A stretch of DNA of 63,010 bases, counting the filler, from Bigelowiella natans CCMP2755 (Eukaryota; Protista; Cercozoa): assembly GCA_000320545.1 (NCBI GenBank). It is 9 parts of 9 records of this genome, joined end to end, with 100 filler letters (N's around TTAATTAATTAA, not from the genome) between each part and the next. Parts side by side here need not be neighbours in the genome. Positions count along the whole stretch, not along the records: positions 29,529 to 39,828 come from ADNK01003106.1; positions 39,929 to 47,392 come from ADNK01003607.1; 7 more parts are not named here. The stretch is one strand, 5' to 3'. The position numbers were made by a program, and so were the translations under genes. The notes under the pieces are model-generated. The model was not told the origin of the DNA, did not search any database, and worked only from the letters and a program-made list of their open reading frames with translations. How positions within the stretch are numbered: the first letter of the stretch is position 1; each line of letters begins with the position of its first letter. Below, piece by piece: positions 36,431 to 46,754 of this stretch.

Positions 36431-37720
36431 CTATTTTTGCTTTCGTTGAAACATTAGTTTTAGATGGATGCTACTTTTGTTAGGCATTCGTATAGGGACT
36501 AAATCACCGGTCAACCGATGCTTCCAAAATGCCGAAATCTGTATACTTTTCAAGGGGATGTTCGCAGAGGTAAAGTTAATATATCTGTATTCACCGCTTG
36601 GGACATAGGTAATCGTTCCGCTGTAATCATCGGCACTACTAATACCTACTGTCATATCACTAATAACCTTTTGGGAGGTATCTTGTCTACTATCGCTTAC
36701 TTGCTGTTTGTCTACGAATTCTAAAGGTGTTCCTGTGATTTCACTCTCAATGGGAATGATATTGGTAGTAAATACAATCGCACTGACTGGACACCATAAA
36801 CTGCTCACACTCTCATAGTCTTGGGATAAAATACTATATGTTTTATTTCCTTTGGTGAGTGAATGAATGTCTAAATCATCCTCAATTGGTAGAATATCGT
36901 AGGCACATCCTGGTATAGACATATTTTCTACTATATCAGTAATCGTGCCTCTGTTATATTCTATAGTGTTTCTAAGGTCGCCTCCAATATAGTTGTGATG
37001 AAAATTGCTGAAGAGTAAGAAGAGGTTGCTGTTAAAAAACAATCTACCTTTCACATCAAAAATGGTATTGTTGAACCTGTTGTTTTTCTTTCCGTGTATA
37101 TCCTTGTCTAAATAAAGTTTAAATAACTGCGAACTCTCCTCATAATAAAGTGTAGGTGCTTTGAGATTGTCTAAATGTGTTATTTCATCAGGAAGAAGAC
37201 CTGGGACTTCTGCTTTACATTTAGCAATCAGGTTGTCGTGACATCGTTTGAGAGTTTTATTTATTAAGTGTGTAATGTGACTATAGGTAGAAACATAGTA
37301 ATAATTCGTAGATAAATCCATCTGCTTCCCTACAGTTGTGGGTGGACTGGTGTTTTTGTTCTGGGTTTCAAAATAGACAGTTTCGGTCTGAGACTTTTTG
37401 TGGTGTATCCCATTTTGAATAAAGTGGTAGAACAGAGTTATCTTGTAAATGGTCTTATTCGCATCGGTTTGGTCTCGCTCAATTTCAGGTATGAATATAG
37501 GGATTTCTCTACCTACACCATTCAATTGAAACCGAATGATGGAGAAATACCAACTGCTGACATCGTCTAATAATGCCTTTGATAGGGTGTCTGTATAACT
37601 CACCACAGGATTATCCTTATTGCTGTCTATGGTCTCGTTATTTACAATATCTAAATTGTAATAAAGGTGGTCTTGATGCTCCTTGTTAAAATTATTCATA
37701 GCAAATATATAACTATTCAT
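36431..37720 (-). CDS. Virophage minor capsid (penton) protein (429 aa)
   Basis: HLYYNLDIVN, YFSIIRFQL..IPIFIP, LFFNSNLF, WCPVSAIVFTTNIIP, YVPSGEYRY, ISAFWK, LKLMFQRK; directly upstream of MCP. Confidence 0.9.
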   Translation of the reverse strand: MNSYIFAMNNFNKEHQDHLYYNLDIVNNETIDSNKDNPVVSYTDTLSKALLDDVSSWYFSIIRFQLNGVGREIPIFIPEIERDQTDANKTIYKITLFYHFIQNGIHHKKSQTETVYFETQNKNTSPPTTVGKQMDLSTNYYYVSTYSHITHLINKTLKRCHDNLIAKCKAEVPGLLPDEITHLDNLKAPTLYYEESSQLFKLYLDKDIHGKKNNRFNNTIFDVKGRLFFNSNLFLLFSNFHHNYIGGDLRNTIEYNRGTITDIVENMSIPGCAYDILPIEDDLDIHSLTKGNKTYSILSQDYESVSSLWCPVSAIVFTTNIIPIESEITGTPLEFVDKQQVSDSRQDTSQKVISDMTVGISSADDYSGTITYVPSGEYRYINFTSANIPLKSIQISAFWKHRLTGDLVPIRMPNKSSIHLKLMFQRKQK

Positions 37721-37745
37721 TATTAATAAAATTTAGATAATTTTT

Positions 37746-38633
37746 TTAATATTTTAAATTGTTTTTTTTTATGTATTGTGATGCTTCAATAAACTTTAGT
37801 CCCTTATCTTTCATCAATTTTTTAATCAAAGCACCCCTTCGTTTCCTTCTGTCGTTTGGATTTGTGGATTTGACCCTTGACTTAACAATCTTCAATCCTT
37901 TATCACATTGGATGATGTTGCTTCGGTTGGTTTTCCTTTTCTTTTCTGTAGTGATTATGGTGGGTGTGATGCGACGAGACGGTTTGGATTTTTTAGTTTT
38001 CCTTCCTTTTGTAACATCTACCTCATTGATTTCATCCAGCGATTTGCCTGTGTATTTAAGTGCGATGTTGTTCAGTCTTTCTCGTTCTGCTTCCTGTGCT
38101 TTTGTTCCACCTACTCGTTTACCTTTCCCTGATTTCTTTTCTTCGTCTATTATCACATTTGTTTTCTTATTCCCTTTGCTACTTTTCAACTTTTTATTTA
38201 CCCTGTCCATTATCCTTTTCTTAAATTCTTTGTTGCTTTCTACCCACTGAAATAGTTCTTTTGGAGGTTTGTCTACCACTACCCAATCGTCTTTATTGTT
38301 GTCAGCACCTCCATAGTGGTATCCTTTTCCTTTGACTTTTTGAATGAGTGCCTTTACATTAATCTTTTTCTTCTTCTTCTTTTTGTGTTTAACTCCTGAT
38401 GCTTGGACGACTTCATTCGCTACATCCAGGACAGGTGCTATCTCAGGTAGTAATTTTTTACCCACTTTCATAGGTATTGAAAACCCTTGTTTAAAACCTT
38501 TGTGAAAGTCTTTCCAAAACCCAGCACCCATTAAATTCTTTAGTTGTTTAACTTCGTCATCCATTTCCATAATATTCTTAGCATAGTGTAATCCTAACTG
38601 TAATGCTCTTGATTTATCAGCATTTTGCGACAT
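37746..38633 (-). CDS. Highly basic virion core-like protein (295 aa)
   Basis: Very Lys-rich; LMGAG-FWKDF and GG motifs; C-terminal RGALIKKLMKDKGLKFIEASQYIKKNNL. First gene of the capsid cluster. Confidence 0.65.
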   Translation of the reverse strand: MSQNADKSRALQLGLHYAKNIMEMDDEVKQLKNLMGAGFWKDFHKGFKQGFSIPMKVGKKLLPEIAPVLDVANEVVQASGVKHKKKKKKKINVKALIQKVKGKGYHYGGADNNKDDWVVVDKPPKELFQWVESNKEFKKRIMDRVNKKLKSSKGNKKTNVIIDEEKKSGKGKRVGGTKAQEAERERLNNIALKYTGKSLDEINEVDVTKGRKTKKSKPSRRITPTIITTEKKRKTNRSNIIQCDKGLKIVKSRVKSTNPNDRRKRRGALIKKLMKDKGLKFIEASQYIKKNNLKY

Positions 38634-38682
38634 ATGTAATTATATATAAATCATTAGATATTTTTTTTTCTCAATAAAATTT

Positions 38683-38699
38683 TCTATATAATAATTAAT
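38683..38699 (+). promoter_or_regulatory. TCT(A/C)-N13-ATG late-promoter-like motif (example copy before lipase)
   Basis: Same 13-nt spacing before integrase (32344-32347, minus), MCP (36414-36417, minus), penton (37734-37737, minus) and protease (39458-39461, plus), all in AT-rich context. Confidence 0.75.
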
Positions 38700-39467
38700 A
38701 TGGTGAAAAAATTTAAAGATGTTATTGATGAGAAAGATTATTACATAGGTTCTGTGAATTCCTATCAACAAACACCTACAGACATAAACGAAAACCTAAA
38801 ATTAAAGTATGATAGTGATACTTTTGATGTATATATAGACGAGAAACTCAAAGTTATATTAATAACAATTAGAGGGACTAAACCTACAAGTATGGGTGAT
38901 TTATATGCGGATTACAAGATTGCTTGGAATAATCTACAAGCAAGTAATAGATTTAAAACTGACATAAAGAGAATGGACGAAATAATAAAGCAATATAAAC
39001 CTAATCAATATCTGTATTTCATAACAGGTCATTCTTTGGGTGGAGCGATAGTGAATGAATTTATAAGGAGGTATCCTTTTATTAAATATGCTACAACCTT
39101 CAATGGAGCATCTCAACCCCAAGATATAAAGATACAGAACAACGATAAGGTGAAGAGAATATACATAAACAAAGACTTTTTATATAGACTTAACAACGGA
39201 TACAGATATGATAGGTTGAAGGTGTTGAAATACAATCCTGAACAAGTTAGAAGTTTCTTTGATTTTGTGAAAAGAAGGTTTGACTACACCCCAACTATGC
39301 TAAAGGCACACAGTTTAGACCAACCTGCTTTCAGGAAACTATATAATTACGAAGATGGAAACCCAACGATAATACGGAACGACTATGTAGAAGGCGGATG
39401 TAAAAAGAAGAAGAAATGTAAGTGTAAATACAAAAAGATTATTTCTAAAATTATAAATCTCAAATAA
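38700..39467 (+). CDS. Class 3 lipase-like alpha/beta hydrolase
   Basis: ILITIRGT, nucleophile elbow ITGHSLGG, TTFNG, and HSL near the C-terminus. Confidence 0.88.
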   Translation: MVKKFKDVIDEKDYYIGSVNSYQQTPTDINENLKLKYDSDTFDVYIDEKLKVILITIRGTKPTSMGDLYADYKIAWNNLQASNRFKTDIKRMDEIIKQYKPNQYLYFITGHSLGGAIVNEFIRRYPFIKYATTFNGASQPQDIKIQNNDKVKRIYINKDFLYRLNNGYRYDRLKVLKYNPEQVRSFFDFVKRRFDYTPTMLKAHSLDQPAFRKLYNYEDGNPTIIRNDYVEGGCKKKKKCKCKYKKIISKIINLK

Positions 39468-39474
39468 TATATAT

Positions 39475-39828
39475 ATGAATTTATGTAAGAATGTAGATTT
39501 CCATAAAAGTTTAGATAAGCTTGTTAGTAGTCTAAAATCATACCCTCTTTCCAATTATGATTTAACAAATGCTCACCCTAATATCAGGATAACTACATCT
39601 GCCGACTTACCGAAATTGCGATTTGCCGACCAACTATTTAATGGTAATATCGGTGTCTTGTTGTGGTTGAATGAGGAGAATTCAGGACACTGGTTGGGTT
39701 TAATACGGAAACAGCACACCATAGAAATTTTTGATAGTTATGGATTTCCTTTTAAGAATATCAACAAGCACCTAAACTCCCAAATGAATGTCTCGCCTGA
39801 TGTGTTATTAAACCTCATTAAGAAAGGC
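39475..39828 (+). CDS. Virophage maturation cysteine protease (adenain/Ulp1-like), truncated before the catalytic Cys
   Basis: YPLSNYDL..GVLLW..SGHWLGL..IEIFDSYG gives the His and Asp motifs; runs into the spacer. Confidence 0.88.
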
Positions 39829-39961
39829 NNNNNNNNNNNNNNNNNNNNNNNNNNNNNNNNNNNNNNNNNNNNTTAATTAATTAANNNNNNNNNNNNNNNN
39901 NNNNNNNNNNNNNNNNNNNNNNNNNNNNTATATATTTATATATATATATATATATATATAC

Positions 39962-39993
<32 letters not shown>

Positions 39994-40023
39994 TTTTGAT
40001 GTATGTGAATTTTGTCTTCTCTG

Positions 40024-40054
<31 letters not shown>

Positions 40055-40057
40055 GTC

Positions 40058-40122
<65 letters not shown>

Positions 40123-40171
40123 TTCTTTGTGCGTGTTTGTGTGTGCTCGTCATATAAGTGTTTCACTCACC

Positions 40172-40785
40172 TGCAGCATCCTTATGACGTCCGCGGCAGC
40201 CTTGCGTGTTCTTGTGAATCTGTGTGAATTGCCGTAGTTAGAAGGGAGAAGCGGAAAGATCAAGCTGCGTTGAACGTGAAAACGCACGCAAAATCAAGAC
40301 AAGGGACTGCAAGGAGAGTTGATGCTCTGCCACCCACTCTCCCCAAACAGATATCAGGAAGTTACTGCAAGCAAAATGACCTTCTCCAAGTCGGGTGAAG
40401 CTTGTCCAAAGGGATATAAATGGAGGGCTCATTGATCTTATGTTCGCACGGATTCCCTCTAAGAAGTTCCATCACCGTCCCAGAGAGTTAGTCGCAATGT
40501 ATGATGCTTTGTCCATATTCATAAGAATATACCAGACTCTCCGAAATAACACATCGTCGTTCATTGCACCATTTTATCTTACATTCGCAGGGGGGCTCCT
40601 ATTTTTTGAAATAAATCGCTTATCACCCTGCAATGGCGTGGATTGTGTCCAACACACTGCTCTCAGACTGCTGGGGGAAGGAGTTCCCGCTCCTTTCTTT
40701 CAGCTTCTCCTCGGCATTCATTCGTTGCTGTGCTTGGCTGCCTGAAAGAATAGAGCCAGGTAAGAACATCTTGCTCCAGGACATG
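40172..40785 (-). CDS. Hypothetical multi-exon gene fragment (boundaries approximate)
   Basis: GT-AG bounded putative exons (MSWSKMFLPG.., GNPCEHKINEPSIYIPLDKLHPTWR, FTRTRKAAADVIRMLQ) running toward the contig end. No domain recognised. Confidence 0.3.
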
Positions 40786-41193
40786 ATGATTGATTTGCGA
40801 AGATCAGTAGGCAGGGATGGCACGTTGTATTTGCCGGTGCATCCTTGGCCCTGCCCCCCCCCAGTCACCACCTTGCTTCTGTTGCTTCTGTGAATTCTGA
40901 GAGTCTTCGGCAACCCAATCAGATTCTTCCGTTTGAACGTTCATTTGAACGTTTGGAAACCGAGGATATTTGTAAGGTGCGACATGGGAATATCAGGCGC
41001 ACTCACGGCTGGCCGCTCCGTCCCGATCGTTTTCCACGGAAACGAAAATGTACTGGGTTTTTGTGTTGCGACTGCTAACATAGCGAGAGATTTTTTTTTT
41101 ACATTGTCTCACGAGTGATGGGAGTTTCTCTGGAGATTTTATGGAGAGCGCTTCGAGCTCTGTTTTCGGCTTTGTACAACCTACCACCGACCC

Positions 41194-42154
41194 ATGCTGC
41201 TCTCGGCTGCGGTAGGGCTGGGGTTGGCTGCGGGTGTAGGCGCAACCCCAAAGCCTGTCCTTTACGGCTATGATGTGGTTGCGTACTTCAGCTTGGATGC
41301 TAACGATCCTGGTGTCCTCGGGTCCTCGCTTTACCAAGCGAATTTGACAGTGGGGGATTTGTCTAATTCTTCGAAGAAGATGGATACCACCGAGTACACC
41401 TTTTTCTTTGCTAACGAAAAGAACAAGAACGCGTTTGAAAAGGAACCCTGGAAGGTTAGAAAGGAATAAGGAATTGTGGGGATGGATGGGGAGTCATCTT
41501 CGTTTTTGGCAACAATTAAATATGTGAAAGTAATCTGTGAGCAAGTTCATGTAGCAGCATACTGCATGTGTGTGGGTGAAGGGAGGGAGGGGTCTGGAGC
41601 TGGCTCGTTTGTGCTAACTAGCAACCTTATTGTTGACACCAGATGCTTACATATTTTTACTTTGCCAAAAAGTATGCGCCTAGATGGGGTGGTTTTTGAG
41701 GACACGGGATCGCCTACGAGAAGGCACCAGATTGGCCTTGGACAAGAGAGGTTCGATGCAGTGGGCTACGATAGCCTATGGAACTCTTTGATTGGTGTTT
41801 GAGATAGGAAAAGTAAACAATTGTGTGGTGTACACGATCACTATAAACTTCCCCGATCTAAAGAATTAACCCAATCAGTTTCTTGGTCCTCCTGGTGGTG
41901 GTAACGACTCGTGGGCGGTCTATAGTGGAAATGCAACCGGCAATAAGCCCGCTTTAATTCTAAATTTTTTCCCTGAGGTAAAAGTAAATTTCATGAAAGA
42001 TCCGGAAACTCACATCAGGGATGCTGATGCTCGTTGGCGAGAATTTTATGGAGATTTGAGAGCGGGCCCGTTTAACACGGATTGTTTGGAGGAGACGTGG
42101 AAAGACAGAAACTGTTTGCACGAACCTCAACACATTCCTGGGTTGAATGACTAA
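41194..42154 (+). CDS. Secreted YHS-family protein, candidate selenoprotein (UGA at 41697-41699)
   Basis: Exons 41194-41454, 41673-41750, 41879-42154, all phase 0 with GT-AG introns. Product: signal peptide, GYDVVAYF..FFFANEKNKNAFEKEPWK|YAPRWGGF-UGA-GHGIA..|..SWAVY..LILNF..HIRDADARW. Homologous pattern continues after the UGA. Confidence 0.85.
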
Positions 42155-42241
42155 AACTTTCACACAGAACGTTGCAGAGGTATGATCCATGTCTTTGAGA
42201 ATATTGACTGCAGGGAAGTGTGGGATGGGTAGGATAACTGT

Positions 42242-42379
42242 AGAATCAAAATTCGTAGTGCCTTACATGATTGGCTTCCATCCAGAAATTAATAGCGCCA
42301 TAGTGCTATTCTCTCGAAAAAATGGGAGACTGGTGGAGTCATGAGAGAACCTCCATTGTCACCACGAAGTTTTCATTCT
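42242..42379 (+). promoter_or_regulatory. Candidate SECIS element in the 3' UTR of the YHS gene
   Basis: AUGAU (42267-42271) opposite UGAG (42342-42345). Helix TGGCTTCCATCCAG / CTGGTGGAGTCA, unpaired AAA (42286-42288), apical mini-stem, and basal stem 42242-42260 / 42360-42379. Folded by eye. Confidence 0.7.
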
Positions 42380-43224
42380 TAAGATGTGTTCTATGTATAG
42401 ATCTACCCGGAGTGCACATAGCATTATTACTAGTATGCAGCGCATCACATCGCACGTAGCGTGCTTTACTAATAATGGCGCGTGCATGTGTTCACATACT
42501 TTGTTAGATATTTTACATCGCATATAGCCACATCTAGACAGGTATGCTGGCTACGCACATAGTTTAGCAGTAATAATAGACAAAGTAATATCATATATGT
42601 GTGGTGGTGTGCAATGTGCAATGTGCATGCACACATCTAGACATGTAGACTCATTGCTGTGTGCACAACACAAATTGCATCGCTTCTATGCACACTAGTA
42701 CACTCAAACACATCTAGACATTGCAAACTCTAGAACTACCTAGCTATTGCGATGCCTAGATCAGAGATGCGTCGTACTGCATCTCTAGATCTACATCTCC
42801 TGTGCTAGCTGGTAGTATGCATGCATGTAGTACATGCTCGGTCTCATTTTTCTGAGGCAAATGCGTTACTCCATAACTTTTCCTATGCGGGCACGTGCAT
42901 ATGACGAACGTATTTGGTATACATGATGAGTACCAAAAGTTGTAAGATGATTTCTGCTCATGAGATCTCTACTAATAACTGCGCTGTAAACATCAAGGCA
43001 TATGCGATTCTACTGAGGCGAGTAGCGCCATAGCCTCTCATGGCTCAGAATAAAGATTTTTTCTATGCTGCTAGTTGACATGGCATACTTACAAAAGTCC
43101 GTATCTGAAAAATTGATAGATAATAGTGACAACTTGGTGAATCAATTCCGAGATCTCTCGGCCTTTCAGTCATGACATCCAAAGTTCGAAGACAATTTAC
43201 ATACTCTCAGTAGCTCGACCTATT

Positions 43225-44011
43225 TTATTGCTCCTGTTCTGGAGCCTTGTTTTCTACATTGCTTTCCTTTGCTGCTTTTTGTGCCGCTTCTGCTTGTTTC
43301 TTTGCCTCATTCTCATCATATCCTGCTTGAGTCATTAGGTCTCCTATAGACTTTTCTAGTTCGTCGATACGATTCCCCATCTCATCAACTGCACGTCCAA
43401 AAGTATTAATGATGGACATTAGTAAGAATATTGTGGAGAATACAACTTCGATTTTCGTAATAGATTTACGGCATTCTATGGACTTACTTCTGTCTATGAT
43501 GGAATCGGACATCGTTTGGAAGCGGCCTTGCTGTATAATTGCACAGAGCTATCAGGAATATGATCTATTGAAAACTGATACTTAGTTGTTGATTCTTGAT
43601 TATAGAGAAAATGGAAGATGTAGGACCATTTGCTGTAGCAGATTCTGAACCTAAATTTAGTCAAAGGTGCAATCAGTTTAGCACGATATGTGTCGATTAA
43701 GTTTTCGCTTGACAAAGACAAAATTGTTTTTTGCAACAACTAGTTCCAACTCCAAAAGATCATAGTATGAAACTGGGTTTTAATTTTTAGTTTCTTACAA
43801 AAACTGCAAGATCTTGGGAGTTCTGAGGCTCCTCTGCGGCTTTCTTCTCGCTCTGACAAAGTTTATATGTTAGTTTGATTAATAAATAGAACTAAATGCG
43901 TAATTTCATTTAGATTATCAAAGCTGTTTAAGTTTCGCTAAACATATGAGAATAGATTCTTTATGCATTGAAACTGTATGTAGAGAGAGGAGCTACAGAG
44001 CGCACAACCAT
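43225..44011 (-). CDS. HSBP1: Heat shock factor binding protein 1 homologue (5 coding exons)
   Basis: M|SEKKAAEEPQNSQDLAVF|VQNLLQQM|QGRFQTMSDSIIDR|IDEMGNRIDELEKSIGDLMTQAG; all introns GT-AG. Confidence 0.9.
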
Positions 44012-44778
44012 GGTGACGATGTTTTAAGTGTGTTTCCCTTTAGTTAGTTCGTTCAGACCGAAATCATCGCAAGAAAGCGATTTTTCCCCGAAGATTCTCA
44101 AGCATGCTCAACCGAATTCGGCTGAATGTTGCCAGTTAGTCCATTTTTTCACTGGGTTTCCCCGAAATTCTTGACGCGTTACACTGGGCCAATTATCTAA
44201 ATCCAATGTTTCCCTCCAAAATTTTGATCGAATTCCACGAATTCCTCTTTGCGGCATTAGTTTTTGCATGACGTAGATAATTGATGTCCTGGCTCAGTGC
44301 AAGGAAATTGCTTCGAGAGCAGGTTTCCTGGTTTCCGGAAGCATCCATTTTCAACGATAAAGTCGTGTCGCTTTCCCAAACCTCAATGCTCGGTAGAAAA
44401 TGATGTTGGTAATTCCTTTTTATATTACGACAATAAAGTTTAATTGTCGCCAAGTATATATGGATTCATTCTTGATTTTGTTTGCCAGCCGAAAGATCAA
44501 GGTCGGGTTTGAAGGGTGGGGCGTCCCATTGAGCCGTGTTGGGTTTAGAAAAGAGAAATTCTAAGGGTGCTAGCAAAAATGACATTATATGTGCCTTGTG
44601 ATAGTTCTTTGGGAATAGAAAAGTTTTGGATCGAGCAGATCATTTAAGAAGAGTGCCCAGATTACCTGAAAGTTACACGCTGATGGAAGATATATTCGAA
44701 AACTATTTAGGCAGTCCCCAATTTCGATACGTTTACATATTACCGTCGCTCGCCTATTGATCTCTACAGTAGCGAACG

Positions 44779-46670
44779 ATGGGTCGTAAGAGCAAGGGTG
44801 GGAACTTCGGTGCAGATGAGGCAATCGACATGGCTGGGCAGCTATTGGAGCTGTGGAAAAAGGGGGACAAACAGAATGGCAAGCTCAAGTCTCTTGTCAA
44901 GAATGCCAAAGAGACGAAGACTAGTATCAAGCGCTTGATGGTACCTAACATGTTCAGCTTGTTATTCTCTCCCCTCCCCTGGTTTTAAACTCTCAGATGC
45001 TTGTGAAGAGCATTAATACTTTCTCTATTTCTATCCACGAAGAGACGTGGTTCATGCAACAAGTTTTTTTTTAAAGGGGAAAGATTGTAGAGAATGCTAG
45101 TCCTTAATGATACCGAATATAAATTGCTCATGTCGATTCATATTTTGGTTTCTTTCCTGGTCCACAGAAAGGGTTAGCGAAATCCGATCTCACTCCTAAA
45201 ATGAAGGCGCAGGTGCGAGACAAGAACCTTGAATGCGCAGATTTTCAGCGTGTTAGAATCTGGATTGTTTATAGCATCTTATATCTTATATTCTGCCCTC
45301 ATAGGTCTTGAGTCTCGACGAAAGCATTAAAGAGGACATGGAAATCGTCAAAGAATGGGTATCACAGTTTGCGAGTTTCACCAGTTCTTTATTCCCCCCC
45401 CCCTTGCAGATGTCTTTCCCCACTGATCTTGTAGTCTACCGCGATCTTCGTTGCTATTGTACTGGTGTTGATGGTCGTATTTCTAATAGGTGGAGGAGGA
45501 TAAGAAGAAGAGTAAATACCTTCTGTACGTGCCGGTTATCCGCATGTTGGTACAAATACAAAAACATTAGATGATCATAGAATATATAGAACCACAAATA
45601 CTGCCATAAGAATAACGTATATGTGTGTGTGTGTGTGCTATATTATGTGCATGCGTAGTAATCTTCCTTGTTTATGTCCGTTCTCCTCTTGTTACGGATA
45701 CGCAGGTCTATTTGCTAGTGCCTAGTCTCGCTATCTACCTTGCGGACATGAAAATAGGAAATGAGCTTATTATTGCTGGGTAACATCACACACACCACAC
45801 ACGTAGATTATATTGTTTGGACAGCCTGCGCCTTAAGGAGGAGGGTAATGTTACTGTGCGTGTATGCACGTCTTATGAGTCCGTGATGACCACCATCATC
45901 ATTATCAACGCTTTCCATTGGTACTTTGAAATAATCGCCACCCCCACCACCACCAACAAAAACAACAACAGAGTCTCCCTTGCCCTCATTGGGATATTCC
46001 GCTATCGCACGGAGCTCGAGCAGTTTGCTTCGGTACTAGCATAGCACTATGATCCCTACTTCCGACCTCTCACAAAGAAAGAGCAAAAATTCATTCTCTC
46101 CGCGTATCAATATCCCCCCCCCCCCCCGCTTAGACTTGGCAGGGCACGTATGATAAGCAATACAAGGAGATGAGCGCCATATTCCGAGAGTAAGTAACAA
46201 CATGTTATCATCCGTCCTCCCCCGCACATCCAACGCAGATTCGAAAGCATAAAGCTTTGAGTGGGGAAGCCTTCTTCATCATCATCATCTTCTTCTTCTT
46301 CTTCTCCCATACTTCTTTTTTATATAACCTGATTTCCCATACACAACTGTTGTGTAGGTACGACGATCAAATCAAGGAATTCAATGAAACGCAGACCCAG
46401 CTCAGAGAAGCTCGGGCGTTTGACGTCAGCGCCATTCTTGCCGAGGTCGGCCTTGCATTGATGCGAATTACTCACATCATGTTATTCCTCTAACGATCAG
46501 ATATTCTCTATAACATTTATGGTGTTTTTGTTGGGAAGGATAAATTTGTTGTCTCCCCCCCCCCTCTCACACGAATTCGTCCCAAATCATCATCTTGGAT
46601 AACTCCGCAGTACCCGGACGCAAAGCGGTTCTGGATCAATCAATTCGGAGCTGACAGGTCTCCCCCCCCC

Positions 46671-46754
<84 letters not shown>

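Larger units (their letters stand above)
29529..39828. mobile_element. Virophage (Lavidaviridae-like) genome segment, probable provirophage; both ends truncated
   Basis: AT-rich, intronless, gene-dense, microsatellite-free contig with MCP, penton, maturation protease, rve integrase, lipase, Tlr6F-like protein and RNR small subunit. Packaging ATPase, replication genes and TIRs are not within the contig. Confidence 0.92.

Noticed and set aside
29529-39828. Terminal inverted repeats and target-site duplication of the element
   Set aside because: Both ends stop inside ORFs; no matching termini visible.
29529-39828. Classification as a Polinton or bacteriophage
   Set aside because: The roughly 600-aa MCP and 429-aa penton carry virophage-type motifs; no pPolB or phage structural genes are seen in the contig.
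29429-39928. Virophage inserted into the GH3 gene, or functionally clustered with the SAMHD1-like and YHS genes
   Set aside because: Separated by artificial spacers; physical linkage is not shown.
39881-40237. Poly-CV, HT, YI, SL and ER ORFs here and throughout the host contigs
   Set aside because: Translations of microsatellites, not genes.
41697-41699. TGA as a true stop or pseudogene lesion
   Set aside because: It sits on the conserved Cys column, the downstream frame and splice sites are intact, and a SECIS-like structure follows. Not fully excluded without reads.
42182-42228. Alternative SECIS starting at ATGATCC
   Set aside because: Pairing register is incompatible with the GA quartet; the 42267 candidate fits much better.
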